Shown here piece by piece: positions 7,884 through 16,676 of a DNA stretch of 20,661 nucleotides; within the stretch, counting starts at the first letter, position 1; each line of letters starts with the position of its first letter. A program made the translations under genes and the position numbers. Below the pieces are notes generated by a model. The model was not told the origin of the DNA and made no database searches. It saw only the letters and a program-made list of their open reading frames with translations. The stretch is from an uncultured Acidobacteriota bacterium (GTDB lineage: Bacteria > Acidobacteriota > Vicinamibacteria > Vicinamibacterales > UBA8438): contig CAJWLU010000039.1 in assembly GCA_913043225.1 (NCBI GenBank), positions 1 to 20,661 on the forward strand, written 5' to 3'.

Positions 7884-9380
7884 TCAGTTGGCGGCGATGA
7901 CGCTATGCAGCAGGTCCATGATGACCCGCGGATAGAGTCCCATCACCAACGAGACCGTCGCCACGACCATCAGCGGCACGGTCATCGTCCACTTCGGGTC
8001 TTTCAAGGGTTTGTCCTCGAAGGCTGGATTGAGGGGCCCGAAAAAGATCTGGCGCGCCGCACCGAAGGTATAGGCCACGGTGAGGAGAATGGCCAGCAGG
8101 CCGCCCACGGCGATGGCGACGCCGAGCGGGCCGCTCGCCACGCCCCGTTCGAAGATGCCGGTGAACATGATCCACTCGGCGGTGAAGCTGCTGAACGGCG
8201 GGAAGCCCGATAGCATCATGCAGCCAGCCACCCAAAGCCCCGCCGTGATCGGCATCTTGCGAGCGAGTCCCCCCATCTCCCGCATGTCCCGGACACCGGT
8301 GGTGTAGACCACGATGCCGGCGGTGGAGAAGAACACGGTCTTCCCCATCACATGGCTGAGGAAGAAGAACATGCCGCCTTCGACACCGGTGGCTGTCAAG
8401 GCGCCAAGCCCCAGCACCGAGTACGCGATTTGGCTGATGGTCGAACAGGCCGCCAGGCGCTTGATGTCGGTCTGGGCCAGCGTTAACAGCGACCCGTAGA
8501 CCATCGTGACGAGCGCTGCGAGCATGAGCGGCGTGCCGAACGCCGCGAAGTCCTCAGTCAGCGGAATTACCGTCACCCGGATAAGGATGTAGACGGCGAG
8601 GTTGGCGTAGACCGCCAGCAGGCCTGCGATGCAGGTCGGGTGCTCGGCGTGAACCGACGGCATCCAGACGTGGAACGGTAGGACGGCCAGCTTCATCATC
8701 AGGCTGATCAGGAACAGGCCGATGGTAAGCGTGACCAACGGCGTGCCGGCCATCGCGCCGATGTCCGAGATCTCGAGACTGCCGGTCTGGCTGTAGACGA
8801 TGAGGGCCGCGACGAGGAAAAGCAGTGCCCCGATGATGCCCCACGAGAGACTAATGAAAGCGACGCGGACCCGCTCCCGATAGCCGAAGAACGCCATCAG
8901 GAAGAACAGCGTGAGGGTCAGCACCTCCATGAAGAAGTAGACCGAGACGAGATTCGTGCTCAGGATGGTTCCGATGAACCCCGCCGGAAACAGCGGCACC
9001 AAACAGAAGAACCTCGCGTAATAGCCGGTCTGCTGCTCCCGGCTAAGGTCTCCGTAGAGCACCTCCACCCGGTGCTCAACGTAGCGGATGGAGTAGATCG
9101 TGAGCGCTGTGCACAGCAGCAGCACTACGGCGAGGGTTGGCAGACTGAGCCCGTCGGCCAGCAGCCCGAAGCGGATGTCCGGGGCGATGACAAGGTAGTC
9201 CTCGGCCACGACCGCGCCCCCGGCGACATCGAGCCCCACCATCACGACCAGGGCTGTGGTGTAGAGGAGGGCCGCCGACGCAATCCATCCCACGAGATGA
9301 CCGCCGCGCCGCCGGAACAGAAAGGTGAGGGCGGCGCCGACCAGCGGCGTCAGGAGGATCTGCAGGAGCACACCCGGCAT
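7884..9380 (-). CDS. NuoM-like antiporter-type membrane subunit (complex I subunit 4 family)
   Basis: ADGLS, FFMEVL (TM5 Glu), MKLAVLPFHVWMPSVHAEHP, MGGLARKMP, and FTAEW with a TM12 Glu as in NuoM. ATG at 9380, 2 nt after the upstream stop. Confidence 0.88.
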   Translation of the reverse strand: MPGVLLQILLTPLVGAALTFLFRRRGGHLVGWIASAALLYTTALVVMVGLDVAGGAVVAEDYLVIAPDIRFGLLADGLSLPTLAVVLLLCTALTIYSIRYVEHRVEVLYGDLSREQQTGYYARFFCLVPLFPAGFIGTILSTNLVSVYFFMEVLTLTLFFLMAFFGYRERVRVAFISLSWGIIGALLFLVAALIVYSQTGSLEISDIGAMAGTPLVTLTIGLFLISLMMKLAVLPFHVWMPSVHAEHPTCIAGLLAVYANLAVYILIRVTVIPLTEDFAAFGTPLMLAALVTMVYGSLLTLAQTDIKRLAACSTISQIAYSVLGLGALTATGVEGGMFFFLSHVMGKTVFFSTAGIVVYTTGVRDMREMGGLARKMPITAGLWVAGCMMLSGFPPFSSFTAEWIMFTGIFERGVASGPLGVAIAVGGLLAILLTVAYTFGAARQIFFGPLNPAFEDKPLKDPKWTMTVPLMVVATVSLVMGLYPRVIMDLLHSVIAAN

Positions 9381-9382
9381 GG

Positions 9383-11410
9383 TCAGCTTCCGTCCGTGCC
9401 GAGGAACAGATAGGCCAGCAGCAGTACAAAGAGGACAAGCACGTAGGAGACGTTGTAGACGAGCTCCTCGGTGTCGGCTCGGAGACGGTGTACTAGCTGC
9501 TGTGCGCCGGCGGTGAAAGCCTGGGGCAGGGCGCGGTGTACCCAGGCGTCCAGACGGGTCTCGAGGCCGCCGGCTACAGTGTGCGCGACGCGGATCGTGC
9601 CGTCGACGAAAATCCGGGTGTATGCCCCGTCGATGCCCCAGCGGTTCCAGAAGAACTGTCGCAGATCCTCCAGCCAACGATTGCGGTCGAGTAGGGCCGG
9701 GACGAGCGCCGGTCTAGACAGATACAGCACGTAGGCTGGAATGGCGCCCACGAGGACGAACACGACGGACAGGAGCGGCACCATCAAGTGCTCGCCCTTG
9801 TCGCCGGACGCTCCGGCGACCGCCGCCGCGGGAGGCAGCCCGAGACTCGTCTTGAAGGCGTCATGCAGGACATGCTCGATCGATGTACCGGCCAGTCCCG
9901 CGGCGACAATGATGACGGCAAGCAGCCCCGACGAAACCCGCATCGACAAATACCCGTCGTTGGCGTGGTTCCCGTAGTGCCCGGCTTCGGTGCGGCGCTC
10001 GCCATGGAACACCATGCCCAGGAACCGGACGGTGTAGAACGCTGTCAGGCTGGCTGTTACCAGACTGAGCCAGAAGAGCGGGGCGCTGGCCTCGACTGCC
10101 ACCAGGAGTACGGCATCCTTGCTCCAGAAGCCGGGGAACGGTGGTACTCCCATCAGCGAGAGGGCGGCGACGGTGGAGAAGCCCCATGTCAGAGGGAGGA
10201 GGCGCCTCAGCCCCCCCATGTCGGTCATGTAGATTGAGTGCACGGCATGAATGACGGTGCCGGCACAGAGGAACAGGCAGGCCTTGAACAGTGCGTGGCT
10301 CACCAGATGAAAGATGCCTGCGGTGTAGCCGTCCAGGAGAAGCCCGGGCACCAGACCCGCGACCCCCAGCCCCAGCAGCATGTAGCCGATCTGGCTCACC
10401 GTGGAGTAAGCCATCACCTTCTTGAGCTCGAGTGCGACGAGCCCCTGGGTAGCGGCCAGCAGCGCCGTGAATCCTCCGACCCAGGCGGTGATGTGGAAGA
10501 ACCACGCCGCCTCATCGATGCCGCCCACCCAGGCCCCGTAGTAGAACAGCGGCACAAACCGGGCCACCAGGTAAATGCCGCTCTTAACCATCGTAGCGGC
10601 ATGGATGAGCGCCGACACCGGGCCGGGTCCGGCCATCGCCTCCGGCAGCCACTCGTGGAACGGGAACTGAGCCGACTTGCCGAGTGGCCCGGCCAGTAGG
10701 AGCAGCGTGACCAGCACCACCATGCCGGGCACCTCAGCCATTGCTGCCAGCCAGGTAGGCGCCGTCGCGTAGAGCTCGAGGAAGTTCAGCGTGCCGGCGT
10801 AGAAGAAGACCAGCAGGATGCCGCCCAGCATCAGCATGTCACCGGCGCCGGTCACCAGGAGTGCCTTCACGCAGGCCTGTGACGGCGTGACGAACCTGGT
10901 GGGGGCTGGACCGCCGATCCAGTACTCGCGCTGGTCTTGATAGTAGAAACCGATCAGCCCGTAGCTGCACACCCCCACGAGTTTCCAGCCGATGAAGAGG
11001 AACAGCAGGTTGCTCGACAGAACGAGGAGCAACATGCTTCCGATGAATCCATTCATCCACATCCAGAAGCGGGTGCGGGCCGGGTCCCCCTTCATGTAGC
11101 CGACGCAGTAGACCATGATCACGAAGCTGATCACGGCCACGACGTTCGTCAGGACGATGCTCAGGGGATCGACGAGGATGCCGAAGCCGATCCGCAGCGG
11201 TTGGTCGAGCCAGGCGAGTTCCTGTTCGACCGGCAGCCCCTCGGGATGAAACAACAGCGGCAGCAGACTCAGCGCGGCGACGGCCGCCACCGCCGACGAG
11301 AAGACCGCGCCTAGGTCGCGGAGCGTTGGGTGGACCCGGCTCAACACCGGCGCAAGAGCCGCGCCGGCGAACGGGGCGACGATACACGTCCAAGCTGCGA
11401 GCGCCGTCAC
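9383..11410 (-). CDS. NuoL/MrpA-like antiporter-type membrane subunit with C-terminal lateral helix
   Basis: GKSAQFPFHEWLPEAMAGPGPVSALIHAATMV, AYSTVSQIGY, HLVSHALFKA, GFWSKD, then WGIDGAY, a long amphipathic stretch and a final TM helix. Confidence 0.92.
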   Translation of the reverse strand: MTALAAWTCIVAPFAGAALAPVLSRVHPTLRDLGAVFSSAVAAVAALSLLPLLFHPEGLPVEQELAWLDQPLRIGFGILVDPLSIVLTNVVAVISFVIMVYCVGYMKGDPARTRFWMWMNGFIGSMLLLVLSSNLLFLFIGWKLVGVCSYGLIGFYYQDQREYWIGGPAPTRFVTPSQACVKALLVTGAGDMLMLGGILLVFFYAGTLNFLELYATAPTWLAAMAEVPGMVVLVTLLLLAGPLGKSAQFPFHEWLPEAMAGPGPVSALIHAATMVKSGIYLVARFVPLFYYGAWVGGIDEAAWFFHITAWVGGFTALLAATQGLVALELKKVMAYSTVSQIGYMLLGLGVAGLVPGLLLDGYTAGIFHLVSHALFKACLFLCAGTVIHAVHSIYMTDMGGLRRLLPLTWGFSTVAALSLMGVPPFPGFWSKDAVLLVAVEASAPLFWLSLVTASLTAFYTVRFLGMVFHGERRTEAGHYGNHANDGYLSMRVSSGLLAVIIVAAGLAGTSIEHVLHDAFKTSLGLPPAAAVAGASGDKGEHLMVPLLSVVFVLVGAIPAYVLYLSRPALVPALLDRNRWLEDLRQFFWNRWGIDGAYTRIFVDGTIRVAHTVAGGLETRLDAWVHRALPQAFTAGAQQLVHRLRADTEELVYNVSYVLVLFVLLLAYLFLGTDGS

Positions 11411-11414
11411 CGGG

Positions 11415-12923
11415 TCACCTCACCAGGCTTGCGGGTATCACCGGGTCGATGAACCGCGCAACGATCTCGCCGTTGAAGAGCCCCAGCAGCACGATGCCGA
11501 CCGCGGTGACGAGCATTGGCACGAGCATTGAGGCCGGAAGGGGCTGCCCAGGCTCCGGCTTCCGCAAATCGGCCGGTGGCTCTGGCGACGCGGGTGTCGC
11601 GAAGTACATGTAGCGGATGACATTCATGAGATAGGCGAGCGCTAGCACGCTGCTGAGCACGATGACGAACACGAAGACCCACTGTCCGGCATCGATGGCT
11701 CCGAGAATCAGATACAGCTTGCTGAAGAACCCGCCGGTCGGTGGAATGCCGATCATGGCGAACGCGAACGTCGTGAAGGCGGCGGCGGTCCATGGCATCG
11801 TGACTGACAAACGAGCGAACTGGCGGATGTCACGGGTGCCCGTTTGGTACACGATCGCTCCGGCCACCAGAAAGAGACCGCCCTTCATGACCGCGTGGTT
11901 GACTAGGTGCAACACGCTGCCGGTGAAGCCGGCCGTGTTGGCCAGACCCACCCCGAGCACGATGTATCCGATCTGGGCTACCGACGAGTAGGCGAGCATT
12001 CGCTTCAGGTTGGTCTGGGCGATCGCCATCACCGACCCCAAAACCATGGCGATGGCGCCCATCCAGGCGAGCAGCGCTGTCACCGGAATTTGCTCGATGG
12101 AGAAGCTCGGCTCGAAGACGAAGAACATGACCCGGATCAACACGTAGGCGGCCACCTTCGTGGTCGTGCCTGCGATCAGGGCGCTGACGGCGGACGGGGC
12201 GTTCGAGTAGGCGCCCGGCAGCCACGCGTGCATCGGGAACAGCGCCATTTTGATCGACATACCGATCACGAAGAACGCGAAGCCCACCAGCACGGCGTTC
12301 GAGTCGTAGAGCGCCGGGAGGATAGTGGCCAGATCCGCCATGTTGAGCGTGCCCGTGACGCTGTAGAGGTAGGCCACCGACAACAGGTAGAACGCGGCTC
12401 CGACCGTGCCGAGAATCACGTAGCGGAACGCCGACACCACCGCCGGCCCGCCGCCGATCGAGACCAGCGCATAGCTGGTCAGCGAAACGATCTCGAGGAA
12501 GACGTAGAGATTGAACATGTCGGCCGTTGAGACCAACCCGGCCAGGCCACCGACAAGCAGGAGGTAAACGCTGTAGAACGGGACCTCTCGGCTCGGAATT
12601 TCCCGCAGGACGCTGCGCTTCGAGTACACGCCCACCACCACCGTTACAAAGCCGATCAAGAACAGCATCAGCGCGCTGAGACCGTCGATGTGGAGTTCAA
12701 TGCCCCAGGGGGGCTCCCAGCCGCCCATGTAGTACCGGATTGGACCATGGGTCGAGACCCGGTGGGCCGCGGCCAGCGAGGCACCGAAAGAGACGGCGAG
12801 CGCCGCCAGAGCGGTGGGAAAGACGGCCGCGCGCCGCCACCAGCCGAGCACCGGCAGCACGAAGGAAGTCAGCAGAGGCGTGAGAACGATGATGACGGGG
12901 AGGGCTGACTGGTTGCTACTCAT
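11415..12923 (-). CDS. mrpD: Multisubunit Na+/H+ antiporter subunit D
   Basis: DMFNLYVFLEI, IKMALFPMHAWLPGAY, TKVAAY, LAYSSVAQIGY, NHAVMKGGLF, GIPPTGGFFSK. Confidence 0.9.
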   Translation of the reverse strand: MSSNQSALPVIIVLTPLLTSFVLPVLGWWRRAAVFPTALAALAVSFGASLAAAHRVSTHGPIRYYMGGWEPPWGIELHIDGLSALMLFLIGFVTVVVGVYSKRSVLREIPSREVPFYSVYLLLVGGLAGLVSTADMFNLYVFLEIVSLTSYALVSIGGGPAVVSAFRYVILGTVGAAFYLLSVAYLYSVTGTLNMADLATILPALYDSNAVLVGFAFFVIGMSIKMALFPMHAWLPGAYSNAPSAVSALIAGTTTKVAAYVLIRVMFFVFEPSFSIEQIPVTALLAWMGAIAMVLGSVMAIAQTNLKRMLAYSSVAQIGYIVLGVGLANTAGFTGSVLHLVNHAVMKGGLFLVAGAIVYQTGTRDIRQFARLSVTMPWTAAAFTTFAFAMIGIPPTGGFFSKLYLILGAIDAGQWVFVFVIVLSSVLALAYLMNVIRYMYFATPASPEPPADLRKPEPGQPLPASMLVPMLVTAVGIVLLGLFNGEIVARFIDPVIPASLVR

Positions 12924-13318
12924 CCCGTCAACCTGATCCGCTCGAGCAGTTGGTCCTCTTCCAGTGTACCGTAGCGCTTGTAGATCCGAAGCAGAAGCGC
13001 CAGGGCGACACCCGTGATCGCCACGCCCACGACGATCGCGGTCAGCATGAGGACCTGGGGTAAAGGATTGACATACTGTGCCGCTTCGAGGGCAGGCAGC
13101 GCGCCGGCGTTGTTGCCCTCCAGCACGATGGGGATGGTGGCGTCACGCTTCGCCGAGAGCGAGACGACGAACAGGATGATGGACCACTGGAAGATGTTCA
13201 TGCCCACCAGCTTCTTGACCAGGTTGCGCTTTCCGGTCATTGCATAGAAGCCGATCATCATCAGCACGACGTAGGTGACGTTGTTGAACTGCCCGATGAG
13301 ATCGGCCAGGCCGGCCAT
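12920..13318 (-). CDS. mrpC: Multisubunit Na+/H+ antiporter subunit C
   Basis: NLVKKLVGMNIFQ, NPLPQVLMLTAIVVG, YGTLEED. TGATG overlap with the upstream gene, ATGA overlap with mrpD. Confidence 0.92.
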   Translation of the reverse strand: MAGLADLIGQFNNVTYVVLMMIGFYAMTGKRNLVKKLVGMNIFQWSIILFVVSLSAKRDATIPIVLEGNNAGALPALEAAQYVNPLPQVLMLTAIVVGVAITGVALALLLRIYKRYGTLEEDQLLERIRLTG

Positions 13319-13734
13319 CACTCGAACGTCACCAGGTCGTGAAAGATCGAGATAATGGCCGCCGTCACCGTGATACCGACGGCGATCTCGATGAGCAGCA
13401 TGCCGACGCTGCGGGCATCCGACACCGGGAGCGCGGCGTAGTCGAGATAGTTGGCGCCCAGCATCAGACAGACCACCCCAAGTCCCGCGTAGAGCAGCAC
13501 CCCGGCGCTGGTGGTGGCCGTCAGCGCGCCGAGCGAGAAGCGTCGCTTCACTTCGTCGTACCCACCGCCCATCGCCAGGAGGATGAAGCTGGAGGCGATG
13601 ATCGCCCCGCCTTGGAACCCGCCGCCGGGACTGCTGTGGCCGTGCATAATCACGTACAGCCCGAACAGCTGGACGAACGGCACCAGTAGTCGACAGACGG
13701 TCCGGATGATGATGTCCCGCTCGCCTGGTTTCAC
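13318..13734 (-). CDS. mrpB: Na+/H+ antiporter MnhB-domain subunit
   Basis: HGHSSPGGGFQGG and IEIAVGITV. GTG at 13734 overlaps the upstream TGA. Confidence 0.9.
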   Translation of the reverse strand: MKPGERDIIIRTVCRLLVPFVQLFGLYVIMHGHSSPGGGFQGGAIIASSFILLAMGGGYDEVKRRFSLGALTATTSAGVLLYAGLGVVCLMLGANYLDYAALPVSDARSVGMLLIEIAVGITVTAAIISIFHDLVTFE

Positions 13735-14015
13735 TCCTCGGCCTCCGAGCGCGCCCCACGCAGGATTAGCAGCACTGCCATCGCGCCGGTGAAGATGACT
13801 GTGACCTCGCCCAGCGTGTCGAAGCTGCGGTAGTCGGCTAGCACGAACGTGACCATGTTGGGCACAGCCGTCTCCTTGTACCCCTGTTCGATGTAACGAG
13901 GCGATACGTGGCTGGAGGGCGGTGAATCGGGATCCCCGGTGGCGGGCATGCCGAGCGAACCCATGATCAGCAGCAGACCCGTGAGGGTCGTCACGACGAG
14001 GTGCAGATACCTCAA
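13731..14015 (-). CDS. MbhE-like small subunit (split part of MrpA C-terminus/MrpB)
   Basis: PNMVTFVLADYRSFDTLGEVTVIF motif; TTGA overlap start. Confidence 0.88.
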   Translation of the reverse strand: MRYLHLVVTTLTGLLLIMGSLGMPATGDPDSPPSSHVSPRYIEQGYKETAVPNMVTFVLADYRSFDTLGEVTVIFTGAMAVLLILRGARSEAEE

Positions 14016-14257
14016 TCTTGGCTCTCCCGTTCGGTCTTGAGTACCACGACGACGAACAACACCGTCGTGACCCCGGCCCCCACCGCCGCCTCGGTGAATG
14101 CCACGTCCACGGCTCCCATCTCAATCCACAGGAGACACATAAACAGGCTGAAGGCCGACAGCAACACCACCGAGGTCAGGAGGTCGCGGACCTGGACAGC
14201 GCCAAGGGCACACGCCACGGTCAGTCCGAGCAGGATGAGGTCAAGCTGCCAGATCAC
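14012..14257 (-). CDS. DUF4040/MbhD-like small subunit
   Basis: Three hydrophobic segments with GAVDVAFTEAAVGAGVTTVLF; GTGA overlap start. Confidence 0.88.
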   Translation of the reverse strand: MIWQLDLILLGLTVACALGAVQVRDLLTSVVLLSAFSLFMCLLWIEMGAVDVAFTEAAVGAGVTTVLFVVVVLKTERESQD

Positions 14258-14556
14258 GCGTCGTCCTCGGCCGTCCAGGCCGGAATCTCGTTACGGTGCG
14301 CGGCGCGCGCGATGGCGTGTGTGGCCGTCGGGCTCGTGATGAAGATGAAGACCGCCACCACCAAGAGCTTGACGGCGGCCAGATCGAACCCTTGATAGGA
14401 GGCGAGCCCGGTCAGAATGAGGAGGCTCCCAAGCGTGTCGCACTTTCCGGCGGCGTGCATGCGTGAGTAGAAATCGGGAAACCGGATCAGCCCGAGGGCT
14501 CCGGTCAGCAGGAGGAAGACGCCGGCGGCGACCAAGACCATCGATACGATCGTCAC
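14254..14556 (-). CDS. mrpG: Na+/H+ antiporter subunit G
   Basis: GLIRFPDFYSRMHAAGKCDTLG and TSPTATHAIARAA. GTG at 14556 overlaps the mrpF TGA. Confidence 0.93.
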   Translation of the reverse strand: MTIVSMVLVAAGVFLLLTGALGLIRFPDFYSRMHAAGKCDTLGSLLILTGLASYQGFDLAAVKLLVVAVFIFITSPTATHAIARAAHRNEIPAWTAEDDA

Positions 14557-14840
14557 AGTACATCTCCCGGATGCTCGACGCCCTTGGACTCGAAGTAGCG
14601 AGAGAGCGCCAACGCCCCAACGAAGTTGATTAGCGCGTAGAGGAACGCGATGTCGATGAAAAACTCGACCCGATCGAAGAGATAGCCCGTCAGCACAATG
14701 ACGGCGATGGTTTTGGTCCCGATCACGTTGACCCCAATGATGCGGTCGATGATCGTCGGCCCCCTCAGCACCCGGTACAGGGAGATCGTGACCGCCACGA
14801 GAATGGCCAGCGCGCAGCCCAGGAAGAATTCGTACGGCAC
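14553..14840 (-). CDS. mrpF: Na+/H+ antiporter subunit F
   Basis: YRVLRGPTIIDRIIG and IDIAFLYALINFVGALA. Confidence 0.93.
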   Translation of the reverse strand: MPYEFFLGCALAILVAVTISLYRVLRGPTIIDRIIGVNVIGTKTIAVIVLTGYLFDRVEFFIDIAFLYALINFVGALALSRYFESKGVEHPGDVL

Positions 14841-14842
14841 CC

Positions 14843-15361
14843 CTACTCCTCTCCTGCGCTTGGCTGCGAACCGGTGCCGAGCGTTTCGGAGAATACGTGT
14901 GCCACCCGGTGTTCCATGTCGCCAGAGAGTGTGTCGTTGGCCGCCTTGTCGCTGATGGCGTGCACGAAAAATTCGTCCTCTTCAATGTCCATGGTCACGG
15001 TGCCAGGAGTGAGGGTAATGGAGTTGCCGAAGAGCAGCTTCGAGCTGTCGTGGGTCAGTTTGGTGCGGAAACGGATCACCCGCGGCCGGATCTGGCTAGG
15101 GCGAAAGACGAGGTAGACGACGTGCAGGTTGGCGCCGATCACCTGCCAGATCAGCCAGGGAATGAAGGCCGCCAAACGCCACATCGTGCGTGCGGTGTGC
15201 GATGACGGTGGGTAGGGAAACAGCAGATCGTGCGAGAAAACTGCAACGAGCGCCGAGCAGAGAACGCCGAGACCGACGTGCAGCGGGTCGAAATAGCCGG
15301 AGAACACGAGCCAGAAGGCAAACAGGATGACGAATGCCCTCAGGCGTCTCGCGCGAGCCAC
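14843..15361 (-). CDS. mrpE: Na+/H+ antiporter subunit E
   Basis: FWLVFSG, ANLHVV, NSITLTPGTVT, VHAI motifs. Confidence 0.93.
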   Translation of the reverse strand: MARARRLRAFVILFAFWLVFSGYFDPLHVGLGVLCSALVAVFSHDLLFPYPPSSHTARTMWRLAAFIPWLIWQVIGANLHVVYLVFRPSQIRPRVIRFRTKLTHDSSKLLFGNSITLTPGTVTMDIEEDEFFVHAISDKAANDTLSGDMEHRVAHVFSETLGTGSQPSAGEE

Positions 15362-15381
15362 TAGCTAAGGATTCTAACCGG

Positions 15382-16482
15382 TCAGCACCCAGGCCGCCGC
15401 CAGCCGGCGGCCTCAGCGCCGTTGAGGCCGCCGGTGCGGCGGTTGAAGCGCGCGGCGGCGAACGGGTAGTCGTCACCGACGACGCCACCGTCGCACTCCC
15501 CGGCTGGTGGGATGACCCAGTCGCAACCCAGGGTGTTCTCCGGTCCGTTTTCCCAGCAAGCGGCGAGTTCCTCGAGGTCGGCGGCCAATGAACCAGGGTC
15601 GTGCGGCGGCATGTGCTCGTTCGGATCCCAGTGGTCGCCGGTGAACTCTGCCAGTGTGTTCATCCCGATCCGGTGGCAGGCGAGGCACCCGTTGCCCTCG
15701 ATGTGGATCGTGCGCATGTCCCACTCCGGAGCGCCGACCACGTAGTAGGGCGGGTTGTTGCCGGGGATCACGGGGATCACGGGCTGACCTGGATCTTCCG
15801 GAAGCCGCGCGCTCTTGATCCACGGGTTGTGGATGAACGGATCCGCCTGGTGGCACTGGACGCACTGGATGCCGGCCGGTCCTGGCACGGTGTAGGCATC
15901 GTCGAACCCGGGCTCGTCGTATCCCGGCATCACGCCTCGCAGCCGGTTCTGGTCATCCACGTAAGTCCAGGGGCTGTTGTCGGCTGACTCGAAGAAGCAG
16001 GTCGCGCCTGTGTCGTAGTTGTAGCCAATCATCTGCACCGAATCGGGAACGTCGTACTCCTCGGTGCCCCGTCCGTCGTGGCGGCAGAAGCTGATCCACA
16101 CCGCATCGTCGCGCGCGGTGCCGTCGCGGTTCGCGCCCTGATAGCGCTGCAAGCTCGACCCCGGCATGCAGTCGCCCACTTGCAGGCTGGCGTTGTCGCA
16201 CTCATGTAGGCCCGGGTTCTCGAAGATCTCGGTGCCATCAACCGTAATCGGGATAGGCACGCCCGCCCCGCAGTCGATCTTGGGCGGCACACCCAGCTCG
16301 AGCTCACACATCGCGGCATACGCGAGCGGGCTCTCGGGCATCGGATCGCACAGACCTCCCGGTTCACAATCGAGCGGCCTCGTGGCCGGTTCCTGTCCGG
16401 TGACGTTCAGCGCGAGCATGCCGGCGCCTGTCAGCAGGAGGGGAGCCACGAGGCGGACGAGCCGAGGTCGACGTGTAGCCAT
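15382..16482 (-). CDS. Secreted Cys-rich putative di-heme c-type cytochrome of unknown family
   Basis: GGAG RBS; signal peptide; CVQCH (15864-15850) and CLACH (15687-15673); 16 Cys in total. Confidence 0.72.
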   Translation of the reverse strand: MATRRPRLVRLVAPLLLTGAGMLALNVTGQEPATRPLDCEPGGLCDPMPESPLAYAAMCELELGVPPKIDCGAGVPIPITVDGTEIFENPGLHECDNASLQVGDCMPGSSLQRYQGANRDGTARDDAVWISFCRHDGRGTEEYDVPDSVQMIGYNYDTGATCFFESADNSPWTYVDDQNRLRGVMPGYDEPGFDDAYTVPGPAGIQCVQCHQADPFIHNPWIKSARLPEDPGQPVIPVIPGNNPPYYVVGAPEWDMRTIHIEGNGCLACHRIGMNTLAEFTGDHWDPNEHMPPHDPGSLAADLEELAACWENGPENTLGCDWVIPPAGECDGGVVGDDYPFAAARFNRRTGGLNGAEAAGWRRPGC

Positions 16483-16676
16483 TGGTGCTCCAAACCTGGC
16501 GGTTGTCGAGACTGGAGCGATTCTAGTGCACCCCGTCCTGATTGGTGACGCTGCTGGATTCCCGAATCAGCGTCGCTGGCTGGAAGAGGCCCGGAACTCC
16601 CAACAATAGCGCGTCGGCCCGACCGGATCTCACCGATCATTCCAGGGCGATTAGAATAGGCCCGCTGGAGGTGCAG

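Noticed and set aside
7884..15361. Membrane-bound [NiFe]-hydrogenase or complete complex I
   Set aside because: No NuoH, Fe-S, small or large catalytic subunit genes in the operon or the window.
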